A stretch of DNA of 64,000 nucleotides from Terriglobales bacterium. GTDB lineage: Bacteria > Acidobacteriota > Terriglobia > Terriglobales > Acidobacteriaceae. How positions within the stretch are numbered: position 1 is the stretch's first letter; each line of letters opens with the position of its first letter. A program made the translations under genes and the position numbers. The notes beneath the pieces were generated by a model. That model ran no database searches. It was given only the letters and a program-made list of their open reading frames with translations, and was not told where the DNA came from. This document shows, piece by piece, positions 37,309 through 47,332 of the stretch. The DNA lies in assembly GCA_049288625.1 (NCBI GenBank), contig JBAQIB010000033.1, forward strand, positions 50,890 to 114,889. The letters are read 5' to 3'.

Positions 37309-37791
37309 ATGTCATTTCTTCGCTTCCTCATGCTGCTTGCGCTTGTCGTCTGGATCGGCGGAATCATTTTCCTCGCTTTCGTCGAGGCTCCGATCGCGTT
37401 TACTCCGGGGCTTCTCCCCACGCGCCACGTGGCCGGCTCCGTGGTCGGCCATTCGCTCGACCGGTTGCACTACATGGGAATCGTCTCCGGGATCGTCTTT
37501 CTTATCGCATCCGCGCTCTACTACCGCCTGACCGCCGGTAGCGCGAAGGTGGTGAGCCTGCGGCACATCCTCATCGTGCTCATGCTCTGCCTGACCCTGA
37601 TCTCGCAGTTCGCCATATCGCCAAAAATGCACGCGCTCCGCGCTCAAGCCGGCGTTATCGATTACCTAGCGCTCGACAACCCAATACGCAGGGACTTCGA
37701 CCGGTTGCACGTCTGGTCGGAGAAATTGGAAGAAGCCGTGCTGCTGCTCGGCCTTTTCGGACTGTGGAGAACTGCACAAGAGCTGCGCTGA
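37309..37791 (+). CDS. DUF4149/TMEM205-like membrane protein
   Basis: 160 aa, four TM helices, LALVVWIGGIIFLAFVEAP start typical of this family. Confidence 0.6.
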   Translation: MSFLRFLMLLALVVWIGGIIFLAFVEAPIAFTPGLLPTRHVAGSVVGHSLDRLHYMGIVSGIVFLIASALYYRLTAGSAKVVSLRHILIVLMLCLTLISQFAISPKMHALRAQAGVIDYLALDNPIRRDFDRLHVWSEKLEEAVLLLGLFGLWRTAQELR

Positions 37792-37813
37792 TTGCGGCGA
37801 TGCCATTTGCTGT

Positions 37814-38689
37814 CTACTTTGGCGTGAGCACGCCATCCAGGTACGCCAGATACTCGGCGATCAGACGATAGCTGTCGTAATAATCGCCGAAGTTGATCGC
37901 AAGCAGCGTGTCGTCCGCGGAATGCAAGATCTGCATCTTCTCCGGCGTGACCGAATGCAGTGTGATGCGCGGAATTTGATAACCGGCAAACGACTCGGAG
38001 TCGGTTGTGCCAAGCTTGTCTACATTCACGGTCGAGAGCGGAAGCTTGCTTGCCGCCGCCACCGCAGCCAGCGCATCGAGCAGCGCTTTATCAGCATGAC
38101 TTGCCCAGACCTTCGTCGGAGTCAGGCCGAGCGAATCCATATTGACCATCGCTTCAACGTGGGCGCGCTGGTCGGCAGAAAGATGGTCGACATAGTACTC
38201 GGAACCGATCAAGCCTCTTTCCTCGCCCGTGAAGCCTACAAACACGAAAGTGTGCTTCCGCCTCTGCCCTCTCAGACTGAACAGCAGGCTGGGCAGCAGC
38301 GATGCGCTCGACCAGTTATCGACGACGCCGTCGCCCGCGCTTGGCACCTTGTCCGTGTGCGCGCCCACGACTATTACCTCGTGCGTCTCTCCGGGCAGCA
38401 CGCAGATGACATTCGGCGGCAACGCAGGCTTGACGGGCTCTTCGGAGAGGTTCGGCTTCGCGCATCCCGACTCGGCAAACCACTTGCGAATGATGGACTC
38501 GCGCACCTGGTTGTCGTCGGAGAAAGACTTCAGCCGCTTCTCGATAACCGCACGCGGCTCAAGGCGAACATCGCCCTGAGCCAAGGCAGTCGCTGCCAAG
38601 AGCGTGCACGCGATCACAACCCATATGATCCTAATGATCAGATCAATGATCCGATTTCGGAGTGATCGCGATGGATCGTGAAACACCAT
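37814..38689 (-). CDS. M28-family aminopeptidase-like zinc peptidase
   Basis: VVGAHTDKV, DNWSSAS, FTGEERGLIGSEYY metal-ligand blocks. N-terminal signal/anchor. Confidence 0.8.
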   Translation of the reverse strand: MVFHDPSRSLRNRIIDLIIRIIWVVIACTLLAATALAQGDVRLEPRAVIEKRLKSFSDDNQVRESIIRKWFAESGCAKPNLSEEPVKPALPPNVICVLPGETHEVIVVGAHTDKVPSAGDGVVDNWSSASLLPSLLFSLRGQRRKHTFVFVGFTGEERGLIGSEYYVDHLSADQRAHVEAMVNMDSLGLTPTKVWASHADKALLDALAAVAAASKLPLSTVNVDKLGTTDSESFAGYQIPRITLHSVTPEKMQILHSADDTLLAINFGDYYDSYRLIAEYLAYLDGVLTPK

Positions 38690-38788
38690 TTTCTGAGCCT
38701 AGCACGCGATCTTATTCGGAACCCATCCAAATTGGACCGAATGATTTATTCTGATACTTCCGATTTTGATTTTCCTGAGACCTAATCC

Positions 38789-39874
38789 ATGAAAACCGGC
38801 ATCATCGGCCTGCCGCAGGTAGGCAAAACATCCCTGTTCCGCATATTGACCAAGGCCAATCTCACCGAGCATCAGCTCGCGAATCCCCGCGAGGCGCATG
38901 TGGGAGTCGCCAAAGTCCCCGATGAGCGCCTCGATAAGCTGGCCGCGCTCTATAACCCGAAGAAGCTGACGCACGCCTCGGTCGAATACGTTGACGTCGG
39001 CGCGATCGGCCAGGAAGCCTTGAAGGAGACCGCCTACATCGGTCACTTGCGCCAAGTAGACGCGCTCATCCACGTGCTGCGGGCGTTTGAAAGCGACGAG
39101 ATTCCCCACGTTGGGCCGATTGATCCGCTGCGCGACATCAAGAACGTTGAGTTCGATCTTATGATCAGCGATCTTGGCCAGATCGAAAAACGGCTGGAGC
39201 GCCTGGTAAAAGACTTGAAGAAGATGAAGACGCCGGAACTGGAAAAAGAAAACGAGCTGCTGATCAAAGCCAAAGCGCACCTCGAAACCGAAAAACCGCT
39301 GCGCGAAATGGAAATGACTCCGGAGGACAAAAAGCGTATCCGCGGCTTCATGTTCCTGAGCGAGAAGCCGATGCTCTACGTGCTCAATATCAGCGAGAGC
39401 ACGCAGCTCGGCAAAGATTTGGAAGCTGCGGTTGCGAAATACAGCTTGACCGAAGTAGCGGCGCGTCCGAACGCCGGGGCCAGCGCCATCTGTGGCAAAG
39501 TCGAAGCCGAACTCGCCGAAATGAGCGACGAAGATGCAGCGGAATTTCTTGGCAGCTATGGACTCACCGAAAGCGGCCTCTCACGCCTGATCCGCAAGAG
39601 CTATCACCTGCTCGGCCTGATTTCGTTCTTCACGGCCGGCGAAGACGAATGCCGCGCCTGGACTATCCCGCTGAATACGCGAGCGCAGAACGGCGCCGGA
39701 GCCATCCACTCAGATTTGGAGAAGCACTTCATCCGCGCCGAGACGATTCGCTGGGATCAGCTGCTGGAAGCGGGATCTGAGGCCAACGCCCGCGCCAAGG
39801 GCACGCTGCGCCTAGAAGGCAAGGACTACATCGTGCAGGATGGCGACGTCATGCACATCCGGCACAGCGGCTAG
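38789..39874 (+). CDS. ychF: ribosome-binding ATPase YchF (Obg-like)
   Basis: GIIGLPQVGKTSLF P-loop and a C-terminal TGS-like domain (FFTAGEDECRAWTI...GAIHSDLEKHFIRAE). Confidence 0.96.
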   Translation: MKTGIIGLPQVGKTSLFRILTKANLTEHQLANPREAHVGVAKVPDERLDKLAALYNPKKLTHASVEYVDVGAIGQEALKETAYIGHLRQVDALIHVLRAFESDEIPHVGPIDPLRDIKNVEFDLMISDLGQIEKRLERLVKDLKKMKTPELEKENELLIKAKAHLETEKPLREMEMTPEDKKRIRGFMFLSEKPMLYVLNISESTQLGKDLEAAVAKYSLTEVAARPNAGASAICGKVEAELAEMSDEDAAEFLGSYGLTESGLSRLIRKSYHLLGLISFFTAGEDECRAWTIPLNTRAQNGAGAIHSDLEKHFIRAETIRWDQLLEAGSEANARAKGTLRLEGKDYIVQDGDVMHIRHSG

Positions 39875-39890
39875 CCTCCAACCCCATTTC

Positions 39891-39959
39891 ACCGCCGAGA
39901 CGCAGAGGACGCCGAGAAAAGCAAAATTGGGTTTCGCGGCGCGCTCTGCCCTCGGCGGT
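39891..39959. repeat. inverted-repeat element ACCGCCGAG...CTCGGCGGT after ychF
   Basis: 9-bp terminal inverted repeat with inner aattgggtttcgc block. Related to 17696-17735. Confidence 0.6.
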
Positions 39960-39978
39960 AGAACTTAGGGCAGCGCGA

Positions 39979-40710
39979 CTAATGCATGTGGAAGAACCGG
40001 TCCAGCACAAACATGCAAGCTGCTCCGACAAAGACTAATAACGCCATCATTACTCCCGGCTCCTGATTCACTTCTGGAATCAGATCCGACGCGGCCACAT
40101 AGATCGTCGCGCCCGCCGATAGCGGCAATCCGAATCCTACTTCGTGGCGAAACAATGCCATCGTCATTACGCCTGCGACTGTGGCTGCTCCCAGCATCAC
40201 CGACGTTCCCCAGGCAAAGGCGCGGCTGCGACCACTGGCCAGCATCACCGACGCAATCGTGAAGCCCTCCGGAATCTTGTGCAGGAAGACAGCGATGAAG
40301 ATGATCCATCCCAGCCAGCTTGAAACGATGAAGCCCGAGGCAATCGCAATGCCGTCAAAAAAGGTGTGAATCAGCAACCCCATCAGCACGGAGTAGCCTT
40401 TATGCGTGTGAACGAACTGCTCGGCGTGCGTTTCTTCGCCGAAGTGAAAGTGCGGCGTGACCGTGTGCTCGAAGAAATGGATAAGCAGGTATCCAAGCAG
40501 AATGAGGAAGCCGGCGCGCGGGCCGCGCAGCACAATGCTCTGGGGCACCATTTCGACCAGCGCGGTGGCCAGCATGAAGCCCGCGCCCAGCGCGACGAAA
40601 TAGCGCAGGTAGGAGCGATCCCAATTCCTTTGAACAATGATGGCGCCGCCAAACACGTTCGCGGCCGCCGCCGTCAGCCCCAGCAGCATGCTGGTCAAGA
40701 TAGGGGACAT
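39979..40710 (-). CDS. ZIP-family divalent metal transporter (ZupT-like)
   Basis: 243 aa, about eight TM helices, HTFFDGIAIASGF and HKIPEGFTIASV motifs. Confidence 0.9.
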   Translation of the reverse strand: MSPILTSMLLGLTAAAANVFGGAIIVQRNWDRSYLRYFVALGAGFMLATALVEMVPQSIVLRGPRAGFLILLGYLLIHFFEHTVTPHFHFGEETHAEQFVHTHKGYSVLMGLLIHTFFDGIAIASGFIVSSWLGWIIFIAVFLHKIPEGFTIASVMLASGRSRAFAWGTSVMLGAATVAGVMTMALFRHEVGFGLPLSAGATIYVAASDLIPEVNQEPGVMMALLVFVGAACMFVLDRFFHMH

Positions 40711-40780
40711 GCGGGATGAAGAATATCAGAATGCAGCAGCCGCAACGGCCGCGACTACCTTCCAACGCGGACAAACCATT

Positions 40781-41557
40781 TCATTTCGCGGGCGCTGCCT
40801 CGGTCGCGCACCCAGCCTCGGACGCATCCACTTTCACGATCTCGTAACCATCCGGAGGTTGAAAGACCGCGGGATCGGGATCGTTTTGGTTGATACTTGT
40901 CAATTCACGGTTCCACTTGCCCGACCGCGGATCGTCAACAACCTCGCGCACCAGCAGCCCTTTCAGCCCGACCGTAACAGCGCTCCACACCTCGGACGTG
41001 CGCACCAGCGGCGCCTCGTTCCCAACCTCACCCGCGGGAATTGTCATGGTGGTCCGCGTTCCGCGTGCTTCCACGCCCTGGATCGACGCCGTGCCCAGGT
41101 TCTCCACTGCCGGCCTTTCATGCGGAGCTCTCGTCAGCGAGTGCGACGGGCGCGGCTCGTCTTCGGTCGTCGACGAGCAACCATGCCCCACGCCGATCTG
41201 CCGTACCCTGGCGCGCTTGCCCGGAGAACTCCATCGGGTCAGGGTCTTCGCTACCGGGTCAAAAACGCTAGACTCGGTTCTCGGCGTGCCATTTTCCGCC
41301 GCCGTGGTGGTCGTCGAAGTCATCCTCCGGCCCTGCGAATCCACGGCCGCCACTTCGGTGGACTCACGTGTAATCGTGTTCCCGCCGGCCAGCGTTTGCA
41401 CTTGCGTGATCTTGTACTCTGCCGTGTAGGGCGTTTTTGCGGCGGTTATATGAGTTGCACTGGTCGTACTTGTGCGGCTCCGCACCTGGGCCGCGAGCGG
41501 CAACGCCAATCCCGCGACCGCGACTAGCATCCACATCCTGGAGATATTTCGACGCAT
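40781..41557 (-). CDS. exported hypothetical protein (258 aa)
   Basis: Signal peptide MWMLVAVAGLALPLAAQ. Thr/Ser-rich, no recognisable motif. Confidence 0.55.
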   Translation of the reverse strand: MRRNISRMWMLVAVAGLALPLAAQVRSRTSTTSATHITAAKTPYTAEYKITQVQTLAGGNTITRESTEVAAVDSQGRRMTSTTTTAAENGTPRTESSVFDPVAKTLTRWSSPGKRARVRQIGVGHGCSSTTEDEPRPSHSLTRAPHERPAVENLGTASIQGVEARGTRTTMTIPAGEVGNEAPLVRTSEVWSAVTVGLKGLLVREVVDDPRSGKWNRELTSINQNDPDPAVFQPPDGYEIVKVDASEAGCATEAAPAK

Positions 41558-41678
41558 AACCCACGCTCCGGTTTTAAATTCGCTGACAGATCAGTCTTAC
41601 ATCCAGTGAGGGACAAAGCAAATCGACGCTGGCGAGCGTCGAGGGGCCGCTCTTGGCGCCGCCTGCTAAAATCCGCGC

Positions 41679-42287
41679 GTGCGCTATTGGATCGAACTTG
41701 TGGGCTGGCTGGCATGCGCGGTTTACTCTACTATCCCTGCCTTCTGGCTGATGATTCATCCCTTCGCGGAACGCTGGCGAACGCGGCATGTTTCCGGGGG
41801 ACGTTCGCCTTACCGGGTGCTGGTTCCGGCCTGGGTTACGATGTGGGCAGTTGCGGCGATGGTAACGCGGCCGTGGCGGCATGTTTCTGTTTACTCGACG
41901 GCTTGGACGTGGATTCCCGCGGCTTTGCTGTTTGCTGCGGGCATCGCGCTCTACTCGAAATCAGGCAACAGCTTCAGCGCGAAGCAACTGGGCGGGTTGC
42001 CCGAGCTTCATGGTGGCCACGGCGAGCAGCAACTGGTGACGCAAGGACTCCGGGCCCACGTGCGCCATCCCGTCTACTTGGCCCACCTGTGCGAGATGCT
42101 GGCCTGGAGCATCGGCACTGGCCTCGCCGTGTGCTGGGCGCTAACGGCATTCGCAATCGCAACCGGCGCGGTGATGATCCGCCTGGAGGACGCGGAGTTG
42201 GAGAAACGATTTGGCGACGACTTCTCTCGCTACCGGCGATCGGTGCCTGCCATCCTCCCGAGAGTCTTTGGCGTGCGCCAGCTATAA
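41679..42287 (+). CDS. isoprenylcysteine carboxyl / phospholipid methyltransferase (ICMT/PEMT) family membrane protein
   Basis: GLRAHVRHPVYLAHLCEMLAW...RLEDAELEKRFGDDFSRYRRSVP C-terminal signature. Confidence 0.8.
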   Translation: MRYWIELVGWLACAVYSTIPAFWLMIHPFAERWRTRHVSGGRSPYRVLVPAWVTMWAVAAMVTRPWRHVSVYSTAWTWIPAALLFAAGIALYSKSGNSFSAKQLGGLPELHGGHGEQQLVTQGLRAHVRHPVYLAHLCEMLAWSIGTGLAVCWALTAFAIATGAVMIRLEDAELEKRFGDDFSRYRRSVPAILPRVFGVRQL

Positions 42288-42303
42288 TCCGCTTTGACTG
42301 AGA

Positions 42304-42324
42304 GCTGACGGCTGAAGGCTGACG
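42304..42324. repeat. 3 x 7-nt direct repeat (gctgacg gctgaag gctgacg)
   Basis: Read directly. Lies 11 nt upstream of the lolE-like start. Confidence 0.85.
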
Positions 42325-42334
42325 GCTTTACCTC

Positions 42335-43741
42335 ATGCGCTTCGAACTTTTCGTCGCAACTCGGTACCTTCGCGCCAAACGGCGGCAAGCCTTTATCGGC
42401 ATCATCACGGCGATTTCCATCCTGGGCGTCGCGGCGGGCGTGGCTTCGCTGATCGTGGCGCTTGCCGTCAACAACGGCTTCCGGAAGGATTTGCAGGCGC
42501 GGCTTTTGGGCTCGACTTCGCACATCAGTTTGCTGCGCGTGGAAAGCGACGGGATCAAAGACTGGCGTCCGCTGCTTGATAAGTTGGCGAATGAACCGCA
42601 TGTGGTGGCAGCCGCTCCGGCGATTTATGAGCAGGTGCTGATTTCGCGCGGGCCGCGAGCGCGCGGTGCCGTGCTGAAGGGCATGCTGCCGCGCTATGAG
42701 CGCAGGGTCAGCGACTTGCTGCAGACGGTAACGATGGGCTCGGCGGCGGCACTGGATGAGCAACCTGCGACCAACTCGACGGAAGTGCCGGCTACCTCGC
42801 CGGCGGTTCCGGCGGGCGCCTCGGCCACCGGCGACGCGGGCGATGGCGCCCGCGCCACACAAGAATCTGCCGCGAGATCCCCCGACGACCTTGCCGGGGT
42901 CGCACAGCGCGTGGCCGCCATGCCTCCCATCATCCTCGGCACCGACCTGGCCGAAGGCGTGGGCGCGACGGTCGGCTCCGTTGTGCTCGTAACTTCGCCG
43001 CAGGGCGAACTGACTCCCTTTGGCATGGTGCCGAAGTACATCCGCTTCCGCGTGGCGGGAATCTTCAACTCCGGCTTCTACGACTACGACTCGTCATGGG
43101 CATTCATCCGGCTCGCCGACGCGCAACAGCTTTTCGGCCTGGGCGATGTGATTTCGGTAATCCAGTTCAAGATCGACGACATTTATCGTGCCGGGGAAGT
43201 CGGCAGCGCCCTCGAGCAGGCCGCCGATGCTGCCTCAGCAAGCGCTACTTCAGGAAATCATGGCTTCATGACCACTAACTGGATGGAACAGAACAAGCCT
43301 CTGTTCCGCGCGCTGAAACTGGAGCGCGTGGTCACCTTCATCACCATCGGCCTGATCGTCTTCGTGGCCGCGCTCAACATTCTCATCTCACTCACCATGA
43401 TGGTGATGGAAAAAACCAAAGATATCGCCGTACTGATGTCGATGGGCACGAAGAAGCGGCAGATCCGCCGCGTGTTCATCGCGCAGGGTATGCTGATCGG
43501 TGTGATTGGGACGGCGATCGGCCTCGTGGTCGGCTACGCGATTTCCTGGGCTGGCGGTCACTACCACTTTATTGCGCTCTCGCCCGAGGTCTATTCGATC
43601 GACTACGTTCCGTTTGTCCCGCGCGCCATGGACGGCGTAATCACGGCGCTGGTCTCAATCGGAATTTCGTTTGTGGCGACGATTTACCCGTCGTGGTCGG
43701 CGGCGAGAATTTTGCCCGCGGAGGCGCTGCGCTACGAATAG
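42335..43741 (+). CDS. LolC/LolE-like lipoprotein-release ABC permease (MacB/FtsX fold)
   Basis: MRFELFVATRYLRAKRRQAFI start, periplasmic domain with a ~55-aa low-complexity insertion, C-terminal FtsX helices. Confidence 0.88.
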   Translation: MRFELFVATRYLRAKRRQAFIGIITAISILGVAAGVASLIVALAVNNGFRKDLQARLLGSTSHISLLRVESDGIKDWRPLLDKLANEPHVVAAAPAIYEQVLISRGPRARGAVLKGMLPRYERRVSDLLQTVTMGSAAALDEQPATNSTEVPATSPAVPAGASATGDAGDGARATQESAARSPDDLAGVAQRVAAMPPIILGTDLAEGVGATVGSVVLVTSPQGELTPFGMVPKYIRFRVAGIFNSGFYDYDSSWAFIRLADAQQLFGLGDVISVIQFKIDDIYRAGEVGSALEQAADAASASATSGNHGFMTTNWMEQNKPLFRALKLERVVTFITIGLIVFVAALNILISLTMMVMEKTKDIAVLMSMGTKKRQIRRVFIAQGMLIGVIGTAIGLVVGYAISWAGGHYHFIALSPEVYSIDYVPFVPRAMDGVITALVSIGISFVATIYPSWSAARILPAEALRYE

Positions 43742-43821
43742 TTGGGTTGCGTTCAAAAGCTGTTAACCACGGAGGACACGGGGCCACGTTGATCGGGCGG
43801 CTTAGCATGGCTGAAAAGGAG

Positions 43822-44778
43822 CTAATGTTCTTCAACGAAGCGTCGGATCGAATTCCAAGCGTGCTTGCTCTCGTCCAACCACGGGAGAGTAAGCGGCCAG
43901 TCGTGCTGCATTCCCTTGCCGATAAGGACGCGGACGTCGGTGCCAACGGATGCGGCCGCGTCGCTCACGCGCAGCGTGTCATCAAGCAATAGCTCGTGTT
44001 CTCCGACGAGAAGCAAGAGCGGTGGTAACGCTGACAAGTTGGCGAATACCGGTGAGATATAAGGCGAACGAGCATCCGCGTTACCCACATAATACCGCGC
44101 CCATATCTCGAGGTGCCTGCGCGTGAACCACAGGTCCCGGCGGTAATTTCCATCGACGGAGGATCCCGAAACCGTCAGATCCGTCCACGGCGAAAGCTGA
44201 ATCGACCCGTTTGGCATGACAAGGCCGGAATCTCTAAGCCTGACGAGCAGGCTGAGACTTAGGCCCCCTCCGGCCGAATCTCCCGCCACAAAAATCCCCG
44301 CGTGCGGCCGAAACGTCCTAACGAAATGCCACGCCAAAAGGGCGTCATCGAGTGCTGCAGGATACGGGTGCTCTGGAGCAAGCCGATAATCAGGCACGAA
44401 AACTTCCGCCTGACAGCGGTAGCTCAAGCGCATCGCTCGATTGCGGTATGAAGTCGGCGAGCCCATAAAAAACGCGCCACCGTGAAGGTAGAGAATTACC
44501 CGAACCGGAGACTCGACTGCGCAGACAGACTCGATGACGAGCCTGTCGACGGCGTGATCTCCAAACACGAGCTTGGGGAATTTTCGCCGCATTGACGGGC
44601 GCGATACTCCGCCAAAGCGTTCGAAGCGGCTACGCATCGTCTTCGGCGGTGTTGTCGCTCCGAATAGCGTGCTGGTGATGAGTCCGTAGGCGCGCAACGA
44701 CAGCCATCGTTTCCACGGACTCAGATTCTCAGGATGCGAGCCGGGACCTTCCTCGCCGCTCGTCTTCATTTGAACCAT
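43822..44778 (-). CDS. alpha/beta hydrolase, hormone-sensitive-lipase-like esterase
   Basis: HGGAF oxyanion motif, GDSAGG nucleophile elbow, late His (GMQHDW). Start uncertain (44778, 44769 or 44883). Confidence 0.8.
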   Translation of the reverse strand: MVQMKTSGEEGPGSHPENLSPWKRWLSLRAYGLITSTLFGATTPPKTMRSRFERFGGVSRPSMRRKFPKLVFGDHAVDRLVIESVCAVESPVRVILYLHGGAFFMGSPTSYRNRAMRLSYRCQAEVFVPDYRLAPEHPYPAALDDALLAWHFVRTFRPHAGIFVAGDSAGGGLSLSLLVRLRDSGLVMPNGSIQLSPWTDLTVSGSSVDGNYRRDLWFTRRHLEIWARYYVGNADARSPYISPVFANLSALPPLLLLVGEHELLLDDTLRVSDAAASVGTDVRVLIGKGMQHDWPLTLPWLDESKHAWNSIRRFVEEH

Positions 44779-45077
44779 CGCGCTGCGTTGTCTGTCAGTC
44801 CCTGAAGCAGCATAGGGGTTGGTGGTTTCATCGCCGTTATCTACGCTGCAATAGCAGATCTTCTGAGCGTGTTGAAGCAGCACACGGCAATCGGCGGCCT
44901 AGCCTTCGATTATCATGGACTCCTTCATCATAAATCGGAATCGGGAAACCTCGTCACCCATCAACGCCAGAAGTGGGTCAAAGGCGGCTCTATTTGAGGG
45001 CGCCAATTGTGGCCATTTTCGGACACCGGTTGGGAGTGTCTGCTCGCGCCAACGCAACATCAGGCAAAGTGAGTAGG

Positions 45078-45107
45078 GGTCCTTCGACTCCGCTCAGAAT
45101 GACAAAG
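45078..45107. repeat. single arm of the ...CTCAGAATGACAA repeat family
   Basis: ggtccttcgactccgctcagaatgacaaag resembles the right arm of the 13085 and 26112 elements. Confidence 0.5.
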
Positions 45108-45147
45108 TTTTCCGATGGCGCCGTGGCAACGCCGTCTCTGCGTCTCT

Positions 45148-45176
45148 CCCACCCTTGCAGAAGGCGCAAGGGTGGG
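45148..45176. repeat. 11-bp stem hairpin cccacccttgc-N7-gcaagggtggg
   Basis: Read directly. In the divergent esterase / radical SAM spacer. Confidence 0.7.
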
Positions 45177-45316
45177 GCAGCCTCGAAAGGTTAGGTTACT
45201 TCCCGTGTAAAACTTTTGTATTACCTGCCTCACCTCACAGATTTTCCCCGCCCCACCCCGCTAGCCTTGAATCATCGCATTAAAGAATTATCGCAATCAT
45301 AAGGAGTGTGTCTCAG

Positions 45317-46975
45317 ATGCAAGTTCATCCCAAGGGCAGCAGTGCGCGTGTTCTGCTTAGTTCAGTGTTCGGTCCCTACGCGCAGGACGATGAATTCGGT
45401 TCCCGCGCTATCAATCCCATGGAGCTTTATCACAACCAGGTGACGCGGGCGCAGGGCGGATTTTCGCTGCGCATGTTTCACCGGTCGTGGGGAATCATGA
45501 TGATTCAGCAGAATATTTCTGCGCCCTGCACGGTGCTCGATTTCCCCACGCGCAAGGATTTCGCCCGCGAACTGAAGGCCAATCAATACGACATCGTCGG
45601 CATTTCCTCGATCATCGTCAACATCGGCAAGGTTCGCGAGATGTGCCGCATGGTGCGCGAGCTTTCGCCGAATTCGAAAATCGTCATCGGCGGCCACGTG
45701 GCAGCCACACCGGGCCTTGAGAACATGATTGACGCCGACCACATTGTGCGCGGCGAAGGAATTTCCTGGATGCGCGGCTATCTCGGCGAAGAGGTGAATG
45801 CGCCAATCAAGCATCCCGAGATTGTTTCCGGGCTTAAGACGCGCATCATGGGCCTGCGAATGCCTGATCGCAAAGGCGGCACCGCGGCGACGATTATTCC
45901 GTCGGTCGGCTGTCCGATGGGTTGCAACTTCTGCACGACCTCGGCGTTTTTCGGCGGCAAGGGCAAGTTCGTAAATTTCTACGAGACCGGCGACCAGCTC
46001 TACGATGTCTTCTGTCATGCCGAAGCGTCCCTCGGCGTGCAAACTTTCTTCGTCATGGACGAAAATTTCTTGCTCCATCGCAAGCGCGCCATGCAATTGC
46101 TCGATCGCATGAAAGCCGGCAAAAAAGCCTGGGGCATGGCGGTGTTCGCGTCGGCGAACGCTATCCGCCAATACACGCCGGAAGAACTCGTCGAACTCGG
46201 CGTCTCCTGGATCTGGATGGGCCTTGAGTCTCCGCGCTCGAATTACGCCAAGCTCAAGGACACCGACTCGCACCAGCTCACGCACATGCTGCGCCAGCAC
46301 GGCATTCGCGTGCAGGGCTCGACCATCATCGGCCTCGAACACCACACGCCCGACAACATCCGCGAAGAAATCGAATACGCAATCGAGCACAATACCGACT
46401 TCCACCAGTTCATGCTCTACACGCCTGTACCGGGCACGCCCTTGTATAAGGAGATGTCGGAGCAGGGCCGCATGCTCGACGGCATTAACCTCGCCGACAT
46501 CCACGGGCAGGACAAGTTCAATTTCCGCCACGCGGCCATCTCGCGCGACGACTCAAAGCGCTTCCTCGATTGGGCGTTCTGGCGCGACTTTGAGCGCAAC
46601 GGGCCGAGCCTCTATCGCATGTGCGAAACCATGCTGCAGGGATGGCGGCGCTACAAGAATTATCCCGACCTGCGAGTGCGCGAGCGGTTTGAACGCGAGA
46701 ACGCCAAGCTGCGCACGGCCTACAGTGCGGCACTTTGGGCCGCGGAACGTTACTTCCGCAAAGTGAACGGCGATGTCAGCCGTCAGATTCACGAACTGCG
46801 GCGCGAGATTGGAAAGGAATTTGGCGCGATGTCGAAGCTGGTAGCGAGCGTGGCGGGCCCTGTTTTGTTATGGACGACGCGCCGCGAAGACCAGCGGTTG
46901 GCCGCCGGTGTGACCTATGAGCCGCCGACTATTCTCGAGCGCCGCAACTGGACGCCGATCATCGAGCAAGCCTAG
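45317..46975 (+). CDS. B12-binding-domain radical SAM protein (class B)
   Basis: AAGGAG 10 nt before ATG 45317. N-terminal Rossmann-like B12 domain (YDIVGISSII...KIVIGGHVA), CPMGCNFC (CxxxCxxC) cluster motif. Confidence 0.88.
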   Translation: MQVHPKGSSARVLLSSVFGPYAQDDEFGSRAINPMELYHNQVTRAQGGFSLRMFHRSWGIMMIQQNISAPCTVLDFPTRKDFARELKANQYDIVGISSIIVNIGKVREMCRMVRELSPNSKIVIGGHVAATPGLENMIDADHIVRGEGISWMRGYLGEEVNAPIKHPEIVSGLKTRIMGLRMPDRKGGTAATIIPSVGCPMGCNFCTTSAFFGGKGKFVNFYETGDQLYDVFCHAEASLGVQTFFVMDENFLLHRKRAMQLLDRMKAGKKAWGMAVFASANAIRQYTPEELVELGVSWIWMGLESPRSNYAKLKDTDSHQLTHMLRQHGIRVQGSTIIGLEHHTPDNIREEIEYAIEHNTDFHQFMLYTPVPGTPLYKEMSEQGRMLDGINLADIHGQDKFNFRHAAISRDDSKRFLDWAFWRDFERNGPSLYRMCETMLQGWRRYKNYPDLRVRERFERENAKLRTAYSAALWAAERYFRKVNGDVSRQIHELRREIGKEFGAMSKLVASVAGPVLLWTTRREDQRLAAGVTYEPPTILERRNWTPIIEQA

Positions 46976-47332
46976 CAAGCGGCGAAGAGGTTGCACCCGG
47001 TTTTCGGACTTTGGGTGGCGTGCCCTTCAGTGTGTGCGGTAACAGCATGTCTTGAGTGTGGCTTGAGCAACCGGTTCACACTTCTGCGCGGATAGCTTTC
47101 CATGCCCCGGGGCCTTTTCCGCAAAAGTGTCCGTCGTTCCTGCCTCTTGTGACTACGGTCACATTGCAATTAGTTTCTACAGGTATACATTTTTCGCATA
47201 CTCACTTCCGCGTGCAAAATCGCAGAAGCAGGGTATTTTCCCTCGTGGTCTAATGGGAACAAGAGCTCTTTGCCGCGGTTAAACGCTGGTGGCTCTTGCA
47301 CCTTGAGACGTAGGAGGGTCGATTTGCATCCA

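Noticed and set aside
44884-45316. Possible cobalamin riboswitch upstream of the B12-binding radical SAM gene
   Set aside because: I could not find a B12-box or the conserved GCCACUG-type core. The spacer is instead filled with members of the intergenic repeat families.
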